A stretch of DNA of 64,000 nucleotides, from NCBI GenBank assembly GCA_963668645.2, contig CAXXWC010000003.1, positions 96,001 to 160,000 of the forward strand, in the 5' to 3' direction. Source of the stretch: Desulfobacterales bacterium (lineage in GTDB: Bacteria; Desulfobacterota; Desulfobacteria; Desulfobacterales; UBA2174). The translations under genes were made by a program, and so were the position numbers. The notes under the pieces were generated by a model that saw only the letters and a list, made by a program, of their open reading frames with translations, did no database searches and had not been told where the DNA came from. This document shows, in pieces, positions 38,764 through 48,222 of the stretch (within the stretch, counting starts at the first letter, position 1; the number at the start of each line of letters is the position of its first letter).

Positions 38764-39786
38764 ATGATGACACGCAGGAAACTGGCGACTATCTTGACAC
38801 TGACCCTTGTCATCACCTTTATGCTCACCCCGGCCTGCTTCGCCGGCAAGACCTTTTTCGCCATCGCTACCGGCGGCACCGGCGGCACCTATTACCCGCT
38901 GGGTGGCGTTTTGGCCCAGGCCCTGACCACCAAGGTTCCCGACGTGATCGTCACCGCCCAGTCGGGCAACGCCTCGACGGCCAACCTCAACCTGATCCGC
39001 TCGGGCGACATCGAGTCGGCCTTCGTGCAGAACAACACCGCCTACCAGGCCTACAACGGCACCGACCAGTTCAAGGACAATCCGGTCAAGAACGTGCGCG
39101 GCATCGCGTCTCTCTATCCCGAAGTGATCCAGGTCGTCACCCGCCAGGCCGCAGGTATCAAGACCATCGCCGATCTCAAAGGCAAGAGCGTCATCCCCGG
39201 CGACCGCGGCAGCGGAACGGCGGTAGATGCTGAAAACATCCTCAAGGCTGCCGGCATGAGTTTCAATGATTTCGGTCAGCTCGACTGGCTCAGCTTCGCC
39301 GGCATTTCCCAGCGCATGCAGGACAACCAGGCCGACGCCGGGTTCATCACCGCCGGGATCCCCACCTCCTCGGTGATGGAGTTGACCTCCAGCACCCAGA
39401 TTAGCATCCTCAACCTCGACGACGCACTGATCAAGAAGGTAACCGACGCCTACCCGTTCTACGCCAAGGTCGTCATCCCGGCCGACACCTACTCCGGCCA
39501 GACTGAACCGGTGAGCACCGTGGCGGTCATGGCTCAGTGGGTTTGCTCGGCCCAAGTTGACGCGGAGCTGATCTACAAGCTGACCCAGGCTCTGTGGGAA
39601 CCGGGCTTTCACGTCCTGCGCAAAAAGGACGGCAAACCGGAGCCGGCTCCTTCCGGGGCCGCAATCATGGCCCAGGCCCACGCCAAGGGCAAGGACGTGA
39701 CCCTGGACACCGCCCTGGCCGGCATGGCGATTCCGCTGCATCCGGGCGCGGAGCGCTACTACAAGGAAAAAGGTCTCATCAAGTAG
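38764..39786 (+). CDS. TAXI-family TRAP transporter solute-binding protein
   Basis: IATGGTGGTYYPLG, SLYPEVIQ, GDRGSGT and IPLHPGAERYYKEKG motifs; signal peptide. Confidence 0.93.
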   Translation: MMTRRKLATILTLTLVITFMLTPACFAGKTFFAIATGGTGGTYYPLGGVLAQALTTKVPDVIVTAQSGNASTANLNLIRSGDIESAFVQNNTAYQAYNGTDQFKDNPVKNVRGIASLYPEVIQVVTRQAAGIKTIADLKGKSVIPGDRGSGTAVDAENILKAAGMSFNDFGQLDWLSFAGISQRMQDNQADAGFITAGIPTSSVMELTSSTQISILNLDDALIKKVTDAYPFYAKVVIPADTYSGQTEPVSTVAVMAQWVCSAQVDAELIYKLTQALWEPGFHVLRKKDGKPEPAPSGAAIMAQAHAKGKDVTLDTALAGMAIPLHPGAERYYKEKGLIK

Positions 39787-39858
39787 CCTAAAATTGCAAC
39801 TTGTCCTGTTTCCACGGGCGCCGGATTGTGTCCCGGCGCCCGTTTGTCGCTTTTTCGG

Positions 39859-40401
39859 ATGAGCCATCGTATCTTTCGGCCCACGGCAACGGCCCTTTTG
39901 CTGGCCATCTTGGCGGGTGGAGCCGCCCTTTACCCGCTGCATGCCCTGGTGATCGACAACTATCGCGCCGGCAAGCCGGTGTTCGCCCGCCTGGTGTCGC
40001 CCGGTGAAACTTTTCTGCTGGGCTTCATGCACTCGGTGGAGCATTGCCCGGTCCATGACCGTCTGCAAATCGGCGCGGACTACGGCATGCTGGTGGTGGA
40101 AACCGAGTTTGCCACCAGCCGCACCGGACTGCCTTACGCCGCCTTTGGCGACGAGGTCTATCACCGGGAGGCGGACCGCTTCCGGATCACCAACATGAAC
40201 CGGCCCGTGGCAGAAATCTTTCAGTGGGTGAACCGCCATTATGACAACACGCTGCAATTCGGCGACGGAGCACCCATCCGCCTCGATTCGCTCGCCGGCG
40301 ACACCTTGCTACGACTGCGCATCCAGAAAATCTCAGCCCTGACATGGGGTTGGATGAAAGCCAGGACGTATTGGCACCACAGGAGCAATGAACATGGCTG
40401 A
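39859..40401 (+). CDS. DUF1850 domain protein (TAXI-associated)
   Basis: F.L.FMHSVE..PV.D motif plus TGLP. Lies between the TAXI SBP and the permease, the usual position. Start uncertain. Confidence 0.78.
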   Translation: MSHRIFRPTATALLLAILAGGAALYPLHALVIDNYRAGKPVFARLVSPGETFLLGFMHSVEHCPVHDRLQIGADYGMLVVETEFATSRTGLPYAAFGDEVYHREADRFRITNMNRPVAEIFQWVNRHYDNTLQFGDGAPIRLDSLAGDTLLRLRIQKISALTWGWMKARTYWHHRSNEHG

Positions 40402-43126
40402 ACGGGACACCATCACCGCCCCGGCCGATCTCAAGGAAGATCTCGACGAAATCTCCAAATACGATCCCGAACTGCGTTTCCGGCAGGCGACGGGCATCAC
40501 CCTCAAACTCACCTTCTACATGACCCTGATCCTGTCGTTGTTTCACATCTATACGGCCGGGTTCGGGGTGCTTCAGGAATGGCGCCATCGGGCCTTTCAC
40601 CTCGCCTTCGTCCTGCCGCTGGTCTTTTTCCTTTACAGCATCCGTAAAGAGGCGGTCACCGAGGCCAAGCATTTCGTCTATGACATCATCTACGCCCTGA
40701 TCGGCGCGGCGATGTCGGCGGTCATGTTCGGCGAACTGTTCAACCTCTCCGGGATTTTGACGGCGGGATGGGCCATCGGGACATTCGCTCTGGTTTTTTA
40801 TTTCAAACGCCGTTGTTTCTGGACCCACCGGTTTCTGGCCTACCTGGATTTCATCGTTTTTACAGCCATGATCGGACTCATCGGCTGGGGTGCCCTGAAA
40901 CTGAACCAGGCCATCGATTTCAGCACCGTGTTCCACGATCCGAACAAGACCCTGATCTTCTGGAGCCTGTTTCTGTTCGCCATCTGTCTGTGCATCACGA
41001 CCCTTTTTATCATCCAGTGGCTGCGGGCCGCGGCGGGGATCTTCTCCGGACGCTTCAACTACATGCCCGACGAAGTGCCTTACTTCGACGTGTTTTGCGC
41101 CCTGCTGGCCTCGGCGGTCTCGGTCTACATCTTCCTGGAATTCAACGCGCTGGTCTTTCGCGCCGGGATGCCGACCCACATCGACATGGCCATGGGGGCT
41201 CTGGCCGTTTTGCTGGTGCTCGAAGGCACCCGGCGCAGCATCGGTGCACCTCTGGCGGTGATCGCCGTCATCGTGCTGATCAACTGCCGCTACGGCCCTC
41301 ACTTTCTCGACATCCCGGGACTAAGCTTCTTTGCCCACCGCGGCTACTCGGCCGAACGGATCATCGAACACATGTATCTGGGCACCGAGGGGATCTTCGG
41401 CATCCCTCTGGGGGTGGTGGCCACCTTCGTCTTTCACTTCGTGCTCTTTGGCATCTTCATCTCCAAGACCGGCCTGGGCCAGCTCTTCATCGACCTGGCC
41501 CTGGCCATCGCCGGCGGCACGGTGGGCGGCCCGGCCAAGGTTTCGGTGATCTCTTCGGGATTTCTGGGCTCCATCAGCGGCAGTTCCATCGCCAATACCG
41601 TGACCACCGGGGCCTTTACCATTCCGCTGATGAAAAAGGTCGGCTATAAACCGACCTTCGCCGGTGCGGTGGAGGCGGCCGCCTCCACCGGGGGCCAGCT
41701 CATGCCGCCCATCATGGGCGCAGCGGCCTTTATCATGGCCGAATTTTTAAGCATCCCCTACATCAAGATCGCCGCCTGCGCCATTATTCCATCCTTTTTG
41801 CACTTTTTTGCCGTGGGCACCATGGTCCACTTCGAGGCCCTCAAACAGGGGCTGATCGGGCTGCCGCGCGAATCGCTGCCGCGGGCTGGCAAGGTGCTGC
41901 GCGAGCGCGGATTGCTGGTCACGCCCCTGGTGGTGATCGTCTATCTTCTGATCAGTGGGTCAAGCCCGTTTTTAGCAGCCTACTGGGGGATCATCTTCTC
42001 GGTGGCCATCGGCCAGATCCACCGGCGCACCTGGCCGCTGCTGGTCACGATCTTTCTGAGCATGCCCTGCGTGCTGTTCTGGACCAACCCGCTGACCTAC
42101 GCCGTTTGGACCCTGGTGTTGTGGGCCGGCGCCGGGCTGGCCGCGATGGGCTGGCTTTTTGTCCGTTGCGAGCGGCGCGATTGGCTCTTCGGCGCCGTCA
42201 CTGCGGGTTTGCTCACCGTACTGCTGGCCTTCGGCGTGGAGGCCGACCTGGCCTCCTTTTTCGCCATCATGGCGGTCATTGCCATAGGAATCACATATCC
42301 GGAAAGCAAGATGCGCTTTCACGACATCCTCGACACCCTGGAGTGGGGTACCAAGAACGCGCTGGCCATCGGCGCGGCCTGCGCCTCGGTGGGCTTTATC
42401 GTGGGCGCCACAACCCTTACCGGACTAGGCCTGAAATTCGCCTCTGCAGTCATCGAGCTGGCTTCGGGGGTGGCAGAATTTGTCAACACCATCGACATCT
42501 TCCATCTGGCCACCCTGGACGGCACGACCCTCTTTTTCACCCTGGTCTTCACCGCCATCAGTTGCTTCATTCTCGGCATGGGCATTCCCACCACGGCCCA
42601 GTACATCATCGCCTCGATGATTGCGGCCCCGGCACTGATGCAGTGGGGCATCCACCCGCTGATCAGCCATATGTTCGTGCTCTTTTACGCCGTGCTGGCC
42701 GACGTCACCCCGCCGGTGGCCCTGGCCGCCTACGCCGCATCCGGGATCTCGGGAGGGGATCCCTTCAAGGCCGGATTCACGGCCTTCGCCCTGTCGTCGG
42801 CCAAGATCTACGTGCCCTTTGCCTTCGTCTATTCGCCGATCATCCTGTGGATGCCGCGCATCCTCGATCCCAGCGTGCCGTTCAACTACGGTGAGTTTAT
42901 CATCGTTTTTGCCACCGTGGTGCTGGGCGTGGTCTTTCTCGGCTCGACCATCATCGGCTACTTCAAGGCTAAATCGACCCGCATCGAACGCTTGTTTACC
43001 GGCGTGGCTGCAATATGCATGCTGGTCCATGAGCAGACATCCTCGATTGTCGGCGTGGCCATCATGATCGTCATCTACATCCTCCAGCGCAAACGAAGCC
43101 GTGCCTTGAAGACCGCATCGGCCTGA
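40388..43126 (+). CDS. TRAP transporter fused 4TM/12TM permease (TAXI type)
   Basis: GIFGIPLGV, GGPAKV, SGSSIAN, EAAASTGGQLMPPIMGAAAF, LGMGIPTT and DVTPPVALAAYA motifs. Confidence 0.93.
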   Translation: MNMAERDTITAPADLKEDLDEISKYDPELRFRQATGITLKLTFYMTLILSLFHIYTAGFGVLQEWRHRAFHLAFVLPLVFFLYSIRKEAVTEAKHFVYDIIYALIGAAMSAVMFGELFNLSGILTAGWAIGTFALVFYFKRRCFWTHRFLAYLDFIVFTAMIGLIGWGALKLNQAIDFSTVFHDPNKTLIFWSLFLFAICLCITTLFIIQWLRAAAGIFSGRFNYMPDEVPYFDVFCALLASAVSVYIFLEFNALVFRAGMPTHIDMAMGALAVLLVLEGTRRSIGAPLAVIAVIVLINCRYGPHFLDIPGLSFFAHRGYSAERIIEHMYLGTEGIFGIPLGVVATFVFHFVLFGIFISKTGLGQLFIDLALAIAGGTVGGPAKVSVISSGFLGSISGSSIANTVTTGAFTIPLMKKVGYKPTFAGAVEAAASTGGQLMPPIMGAAAFIMAEFLSIPYIKIAACAIIPSFLHFFAVGTMVHFEALKQGLIGLPRESLPRAGKVLRERGLLVTPLVVIVYLLISGSSPFLAAYWGIIFSVAIGQIHRRTWPLLVTIFLSMPCVLFWTNPLTYAVWTLVLWAGAGLAAMGWLFVRCERRDWLFGAVTAGLLTVLLAFGVEADLASFFAIMAVIAIGITYPESKMRFHDILDTLEWGTKNALAIGAACASVGFIVGATTLTGLGLKFASAVIELASGVAEFVNTIDIFHLATLDGTTLFFTLVFTAISCFILGMGIPTTAQYIIASMIAAPALMQWGIHPLISHMFVLFYAVLADVTPPVALAAYAASGISGGDPFKAGFTAFALSSAKIYVPFAFVYSPIILWMPRILDPSVPFNYGEFIIVFATVVLGVVFLGSTIIGYFKAKSTRIERLFTGVAAICMLVHEQTSSIVGVAIMIVIYILQRKRSRALKTASA

Positions 43127-43146
43127 ATTCGAACCATCGTTTGCCC

Positions 43147-43180
43147 AAAGCCCCGGCCGGCATGTCCGACCGGGGCTTTT
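43147..43180 (+). terminator. Intrinsic terminator after the TRAP operon
   Basis: AAAGCCCCGG...CCGGGGCTTTT. Confidence 0.75.
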
Positions 43181-43230
43181 ACGTTCCGCGTCCGGCCTTC
43201 ATTCTTGCCAACTTTTCCGGTTTTTGCTAC

Positions 43231-43250
43231 ATGTCCGGAATATCGGACAT
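43231..43250. promoter_or_regulatory. Palindromic activator-binding site upstream of the bEBP gene
   Basis: ATGTCCG-GAATAT-CGGACAT, the same GTCCG-N6-CGGAC motif as at 44683 and 44701. Confidence 0.65.
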
Positions 43251-43274
43251 CCCTTCCGGAAAAGGAGACTCTTC

Positions 43275-44657
43275 ATGCCCGAGTGGCTCAGCGGAACCTT
43301 CAAGGCCCTGATGGACGACATCTCCTCGGGGATCATCATCTGCGGCGAGGATCTCAAGATCCTCTACATCAACAAGTTTTACGCCCACCTGCTCGGAACC
43401 ACGCCGGAACGGGCCGTGGGCGGAGATATCCGCGATTTCTTCCCCGACTCGCGCGTCCCCTACGTGCTGCGCAGCGGCAATCCCGAGCTGCGCCAGCCCT
43501 GCCATCACCGCAAGGAGATCATCGGTCACGACACGGACATCATGCTGCTGGTCAACCGCCTGCCGGTCAAACAGGACGGCCGCACCGTGGCGGTGGTCAT
43601 CGAGACGATCTTCAAGGATACCTTGCAGGTCAAGGACTTCATGCTGCAAAACAACCTGCTGCGCCAGGAGGTACGCCACTACCGGCGCCGGCTCGACAGC
43701 GCCCTTTCGCCCACCTATACTCTCGGCGCCATCCTCGGCGGCAGCCGCCCCATCGCAGAGGCCCGAAGCTCGCTGAAACGTTTTGCCGACGCCGACGGCT
43801 CGCTGCTCATCCTCGGCAAGACCGGCGCGGGCAAGGAGCTATTCGCCCACGCGGCCCATGCCGAAAGCCGGCGCCACAGCCAGCCCTTCGTCTGCGTCAA
43901 CTGTGCGGCCATCCCCGGCGAACTGCTCGAATCCGAGCTGTTCGGCTACGAGTCCGGGGCCTTCACCGGCGCTCGCCAAGGGGGTAAAGCCGGTAAGGTG
44001 GAAATGGCCAATGGCGGCACTCTCTTTCTCGACGAGATCGGCGATCTGCTGCCCAGTGCCCAGGCCAAGCTGCTGCGCGTGCTGGAAACCAAAACCGTCG
44101 AACGGCTGGGCGGCACCAAGTCGATCCGGGTCGATTTCCGCCTGATCAGCGCCACCCATGCCGACCTGGAACAGATGATCGCCCGGCGCGAGTTCCGCGA
44201 AGACCTTTACTACCGAATCAGTTCCATGGTGCTCACGGTGCCGTCCCTGGCCGAACGGCGCGAAGACATCCTCCCGCTGGCCCACCACTTTTTAGCCACC
44301 GGCCGCCACCCGCAGGCCCGGATTTCAACGCCGGCCGCAGCCCTGCTCAAACGCTACGACTGGCCGGGCAACGTCCGGGAGCTGAAAAACGCCATTGAGC
44401 AGGCGGTCAGCCTGGCCGACGGTGCCGAAATCGGCCTCGAACACCTGTCGGCACGAATCCAGAGCAGCGGCAAACGCGAATCGCTGCCGGCCCACCCGCC
44501 GGGTCAGCCCCTGGCCGCGCGAATGGCCGAATTTGAAAGCCGGGTGATCACCGAGGCTCTGGAGGCCGCCGGCGGCAAGCGGATCGAGGCCGCCCGATCC
44601 CTTGGCATCTCCCGCTCCACTTTCTATGAAAAAGCCAAGACCCTGGGTTTGATCTGA
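43275..44657 (+). CDS. Sigma-54-dependent transcriptional activator (PAS-AAA-Fis HTH)
   Basis: N-terminal PAS-like region, GKTGAGKE, GAFTGA, FLDEIGD, FREDLYYR, WPGNVREL and a C-terminal HTH. RBS AAGGAG. Confidence 0.94.
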   Translation: MPEWLSGTFKALMDDISSGIIICGEDLKILYINKFYAHLLGTTPERAVGGDIRDFFPDSRVPYVLRSGNPELRQPCHHRKEIIGHDTDIMLLVNRLPVKQDGRTVAVVIETIFKDTLQVKDFMLQNNLLRQEVRHYRRRLDSALSPTYTLGAILGGSRPIAEARSSLKRFADADGSLLILGKTGAGKELFAHAAHAESRRHSQPFVCVNCAAIPGELLESELFGYESGAFTGARQGGKAGKVEMANGGTLFLDEIGDLLPSAQAKLLRVLETKTVERLGGTKSIRVDFRLISATHADLEQMIARREFREDLYYRISSMVLTVPSLAERREDILPLAHHFLATGRHPQARISTPAAALLKRYDWPGNVRELKNAIEQAVSLADGAEIGLEHLSARIQSSGKRESLPAHPPGQPLAARMAEFESRVITEALEAAGGKRIEAARSLGISRSTFYEKAKTLGLI

Positions 44658-44682
44658 ACGGACCGCCCATCGGGCCCAAATC

Positions 44683-44820
44683 GTCCGGTGATCCGGACAC
44701 GTCCGAATCACCGGACACCCCCAGGTGCCGGCCGCGGAGGGCAAAACTCCATACAAATCATTTAATTACAAATAATTACGCCATAGCCAATCCGATCCGC
44801 AAGGTGGCAGGGTATTTGCT
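44683..44820 (+). promoter_or_regulatory. Complete sigma-54 promoter of xsc: tandem UAS, IHF-like tract and -24/-12
   Basis: GTCCG-N6-CGGAC at 44683-44698 and 44701-44716; AT-rich AAATCATTTAATTACAAATAATTA at ~44755-44778; TGGCAGGGTATTTGCT (GG-N10-GC) at 44805-44820. Confidence 0.85.
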
Positions 44821-44903
44821 TAACATCTTCTCAAAACGCGCTCGTCTTAACAGCGCATCGATCTTTTCAACCGATTGTGAGTGCAAAACAACAGGAGGAT
44901 GTA

Positions 44904-46637
44904 ATGGCAAAGCAGAAGATGACCCCCAGCGAGGCGTTGGTCGAAAGCATGGTCGCCGAAGGGGTGCGGGAAGTTTTCGGTATCGTCGGATCGGCCTACA
45001 TGGATGCCCTGGATCTGTTTCCGGACGCCGGGATACGGTTTATTCCGGTGGCCCATGAACAGGCTGCGGCCCACGCGGCCGACGGCCTGGCCCGGGTCAG
45101 CGGCAAGCCGCAGGTCTGCATCGCCCAGAACGGTCCGGGTGCTGCCAATTTCGTATCGGCCATGGTGGCAGCCTACTGGGCCCATTCCCCGGTGGTGGCG
45201 ATCACTCCGGAAACAGGTTCCATGGGCATCGGCACCGGCGGCTTCCAGGAGCTGGACCAGATGGCGATGTTCCAGCGCCAGACGGTCTACCAGGTGCGTG
45301 TCAACCGGCCCCAGCGCATGGCCGAACTGACCCGCCGGGCTTTTTACATGGCCAAGAACTTCAACGGTCCGACCCAGCTGAACATCCCCCGCGACTATTT
45401 TTACGGCGAGTGCAACGACGAAATCTACGAGACCCCGGTGATCCGCCGCGGTCCGGGCTCCATGGAGGATGTGGCCGAGGCCGCCCGCATCCTGGCCGAG
45501 GCCAAGTACCCGGTGATCCTGGCCGGCGGTGGCGTCTCCCAGGCCGACGCGGTGGCCGAGGTCGCCGCCCTGGCCGAGTACCTCAGCGCCCCGGTGGTCA
45601 ACAGCTATCTTCACAACGACAGCTTTCCGGCCAGCCACGCCCTTTCCTGCGGGCCCATCGGCTACTGCGGCTCCAAGGCCGCCATGCGCACCATCAAGAA
45701 GGCCGACGTGGTCCTGGCCCTCGGCACCCGCCTGGGTCCCTTCGGCACCCTGCCCCAGTACGACATGGCCTACTGGCCCGACGGCGCCAAGCTGATCCAG
45801 TGCGACACCAACGTGGCGGTGCTCGGCGTGGCCAAGCGCGCCGACGTCTACAGCTGCGGCAACGTCAAGGAGTTCGCCGCCCTGCTGCTCGATCGCGTCA
45901 AGGGCCTGGCCCCCGGCCTCGGTCCCGATGCCGCTCGCCTGGCCGATGTCGCCAAGGAAAAGGCCGTCTGGGATGCGGAGATCGGCGAGTGGAGCGCCAG
46001 CGGCCAGTCGAAACCGATGCACCCGCGCCGCTTCCACCAGGAGTGGACCCGTGCCCTGCCCAAGGGCAGCATCGTGACCACCGACATCGGCAACAACTCG
46101 TCGATGATCAATGCCTATCTCAAGTTCGAGGGGGTACGCCAGCACATCAGCGCACTTTCCTGGGGCAACTGCGGTTTTGCCTACGGCGCGGCCCTGGGCT
46201 GCAAGATGGGCCGGCCCGATGCGCCGGTGATCGCCTTCCAGGGCGACGGGGCCTACGGGATCAGCGGGGTGGCCGAGGTGATGACCGCCGTGCGCGAAAA
46301 CATCCCGGTGATCGCCATCGTGGCCTGCAACTACGAGTGGGGCGCCGAGAAGAAGAACCAGATCGACTACTACGACAACCGCTTCGTGGGCGCCAACCTG
46401 CCCACCAATCCGGACTACGCCAAGCTGGCCGAAGACATGGGGGCCCTGGGCTTCCGCGTCGATCACCCCGACCAGGTCGGAGACGTAATGAAAGAGGCCA
46501 TCGCTTCGGGACGGCCCTGCGTGATCAACGCCATCCTGGAAGGTGGAGAACGCGTATTGGCCGAGCCGTTCCGCCGCGATGCGCTCAACATGCCGGTGCG
46601 CCACTTGCCCAAATACGCCCACCTCAACGCCAAGTAG
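44904..46637 (+). CDS. xsc: Sulfoacetaldehyde acetyltransferase (ThDP-dependent)
   Basis: KMTPSEA..., FGIVGSAYMD, HEQ, IAQNGPG, GDGAYG...N, and the Xsc-typical WGAEKKNQ and EPFRRDA motifs. RBS AGGAGG. Confidence 0.9.
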   Translation: MAKQKMTPSEALVESMVAEGVREVFGIVGSAYMDALDLFPDAGIRFIPVAHEQAAAHAADGLARVSGKPQVCIAQNGPGAANFVSAMVAAYWAHSPVVAITPETGSMGIGTGGFQELDQMAMFQRQTVYQVRVNRPQRMAELTRRAFYMAKNFNGPTQLNIPRDYFYGECNDEIYETPVIRRGPGSMEDVAEAARILAEAKYPVILAGGGVSQADAVAEVAALAEYLSAPVVNSYLHNDSFPASHALSCGPIGYCGSKAAMRTIKKADVVLALGTRLGPFGTLPQYDMAYWPDGAKLIQCDTNVAVLGVAKRADVYSCGNVKEFAALLLDRVKGLAPGLGPDAARLADVAKEKAVWDAEIGEWSASGQSKPMHPRRFHQEWTRALPKGSIVTTDIGNNSSMINAYLKFEGVRQHISALSWGNCGFAYGAALGCKMGRPDAPVIAFQGDGAYGISGVAEVMTAVRENIPVIAIVACNYEWGAEKKNQIDYYDNRFVGANLPTNPDYAKLAEDMGALGFRVDHPDQVGDVMKEAIASGRPCVINAILEGGERVLAEPFRRDALNMPVRHLPKYAHLNAK

Positions 46638-46761
46638 AACCTCTGCCGGCTGCGCACCGGGGGGTGCCCCCGGTGCAGCGGGCATGACAACCCGCCGGGA
46701 AAAAGCCGCACGGCCCGGATTACGGCCGGCGCTTTTCCCGGCGTTTATCCAAGGGGGCTGC

Positions 46762-48222
46762 TTGACCTCACTCTACCGCCGGCTTAACCGCGCCGGCTAC
46801 GTCTGTTCGTCCGCCTTTGCTTCGGCCGTTGCAGCCACCCTGGCCACCCGCCCGGTGGCCGGCGCTATCCTGGAGGGACCCATCGGCACCGGCAAGAGCT
46901 TCCTCCCCCAGGTGCTGGCCGGCGTGCTGGAAGCCGAGTTTTTCTTTTACCAGTGCTTTCCCGGGACCCGCGAAGAAGACCTGATCCTCAAGATGCTGCC
47001 CAGCGAGGACACCATCAGCGGCATCTGCATCGAGGAAGGGGTCCTGGTGCAGGCCGTGACAGCCACCGGCAGCGCGGATCGGCAACCGGTAATACTGGTC
47101 CTGGACGAATGGGACAAGACCCGTCCCAGCGCCGACGCCTTTTTGCTCGATTTTCTGCAAAACGGCCGCATCGCCCTGTCCGGTCGCTCCTGGCAGGCCG
47201 ATCTGACGCGTCTGGTGGTCTTTTTAACGGTCAACAACGAACGCGAACTCTCCGAGCCGCTGCTGCGCAGGCTGCCCAAGATCGCGTTCGCGCACCTGCC
47301 GACGGCCTATGCCCAGCGCGCCCTGGAAGCCACCCACCCCGACCACCCGTTTTTGTTCAGCGCCCTGGTGCTCTACGAACGCTGCCTGATGGCCGGGCTG
47401 GCCAAGCCGGCCACCATCCAGGAGCTGCGCCAGCTCCTGGACGCCGCCACCACGCTGGGCACCGCGGCGGACTGGGACGCACTGGTGTTCCAGTTCGTCA
47501 CCAAGAGCGAGGAGGCCCACACCCGGCTTCAGGCCACCGAGGCGGAGCCGGCCAGCTGGCAGCACCGGTTGCGCGTACGCCTCGATCCCGGGGCCTACGA
47601 ACTGAGCCAGCGCCGGCCCGGGCCGGCTGAAGGCGAATGGGAGGACCTTCGCATGCCGCGCCTTTGCCAGGCGCGCCGCTTCGATGATGCCATCGTGGCC
47701 GAGGCGGCCACCTTCGACGCCGCAGCGGCCAGCGGCATCGTCCAGCTCACCGATGCAGCCTACGACGCGGCCGTGCGCCAGGTTGCCCGCCCGGAACCGT
47801 CCGCGGCCCGCATCGGCGATTTCGCCCACGTCAGCGGCGATGGATTTCTGGTCATCGACCGGCCGCTAAGCCTGCGCGACCTGCCTCTTTTAGAACGCTT
47901 CTGGGGGGAAAACGGAGAGGTCTGCTTCGTGGAACCCCGGGCCACCTGGGAGGATGTCAAGGCCCTGCAGCAATGGGCACCCATGGCCATCGTCAAGTTC
48001 TCGCGAGACGAAATCCTGGCCAGGGCCGCCGGGATCGATCTTCGCTGGACCCCGCAGCGCGGTGCCGAGATCATCGTCGGCCTCGGGGCCCGCGATGTTT
48101 TCAACCAATGCTTCGGCCGGGCCTGGGGCGCCTTGGGCGAAGGACGCTGGATCGGCCGCAAGGGGCTGATCTATCAGCACTACGCCCCGCAAGAGGAAGT
48201 CCATGGGCCTGCCGCGTCTTGA
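46762..48222 (+). CDS. MoxR/CoxD-like AAA+ ATPase with long unknown C-terminal region
   Basis: Walker A GPIGTGKS, FYQCFPG, Walker B LVLDEWDK, and NNERELSEPLLRR. Start TTG 46762 inferred. Confidence 0.8.
   Translation: MTSLYRRLNRAGYVCSSAFASAVAATLATRPVAGAILEGPIGTGKSFLPQVLAGVLEAEFFFYQCFPGTREEDLILKMLPSEDTISGICIEEGVLVQAVTATGSADRQPVILVLDEWDKTRPSADAFLLDFLQNGRIALSGRSWQADLTRLVVFLTVNNERELSEPLLRRLPKIAFAHLPTAYAQRALEATHPDHPFLFSALVLYERCLMAGLAKPATIQELRQLLDAATTLGTAADWDALVFQFVTKSEEAHTRLQATEAEPASWQHRLRVRLDPGAYELSQRRPGPAEGEWEDLRMPRLCQARRFDDAIVAEAATFDAAAASGIVQLTDAAYDAAVRQVARPEPSAARIGDFAHVSGDGFLVIDRPLSLRDLPLLERFWGENGEVCFVEPRATWEDVKALQQWAPMAIVKFSRDEILARAAGIDLRWTPQRGAEIIVGLGARDVFNQCFGRAWGALGEGRWIGRKGLIYQHYAPQEEVHGPAAS

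Noticed and set aside
44847..46685. 612-aa minus-strand and 425-aa alternative-frame ORFs over xsc
   Set aside because: Shadow frames without recognisable motifs.
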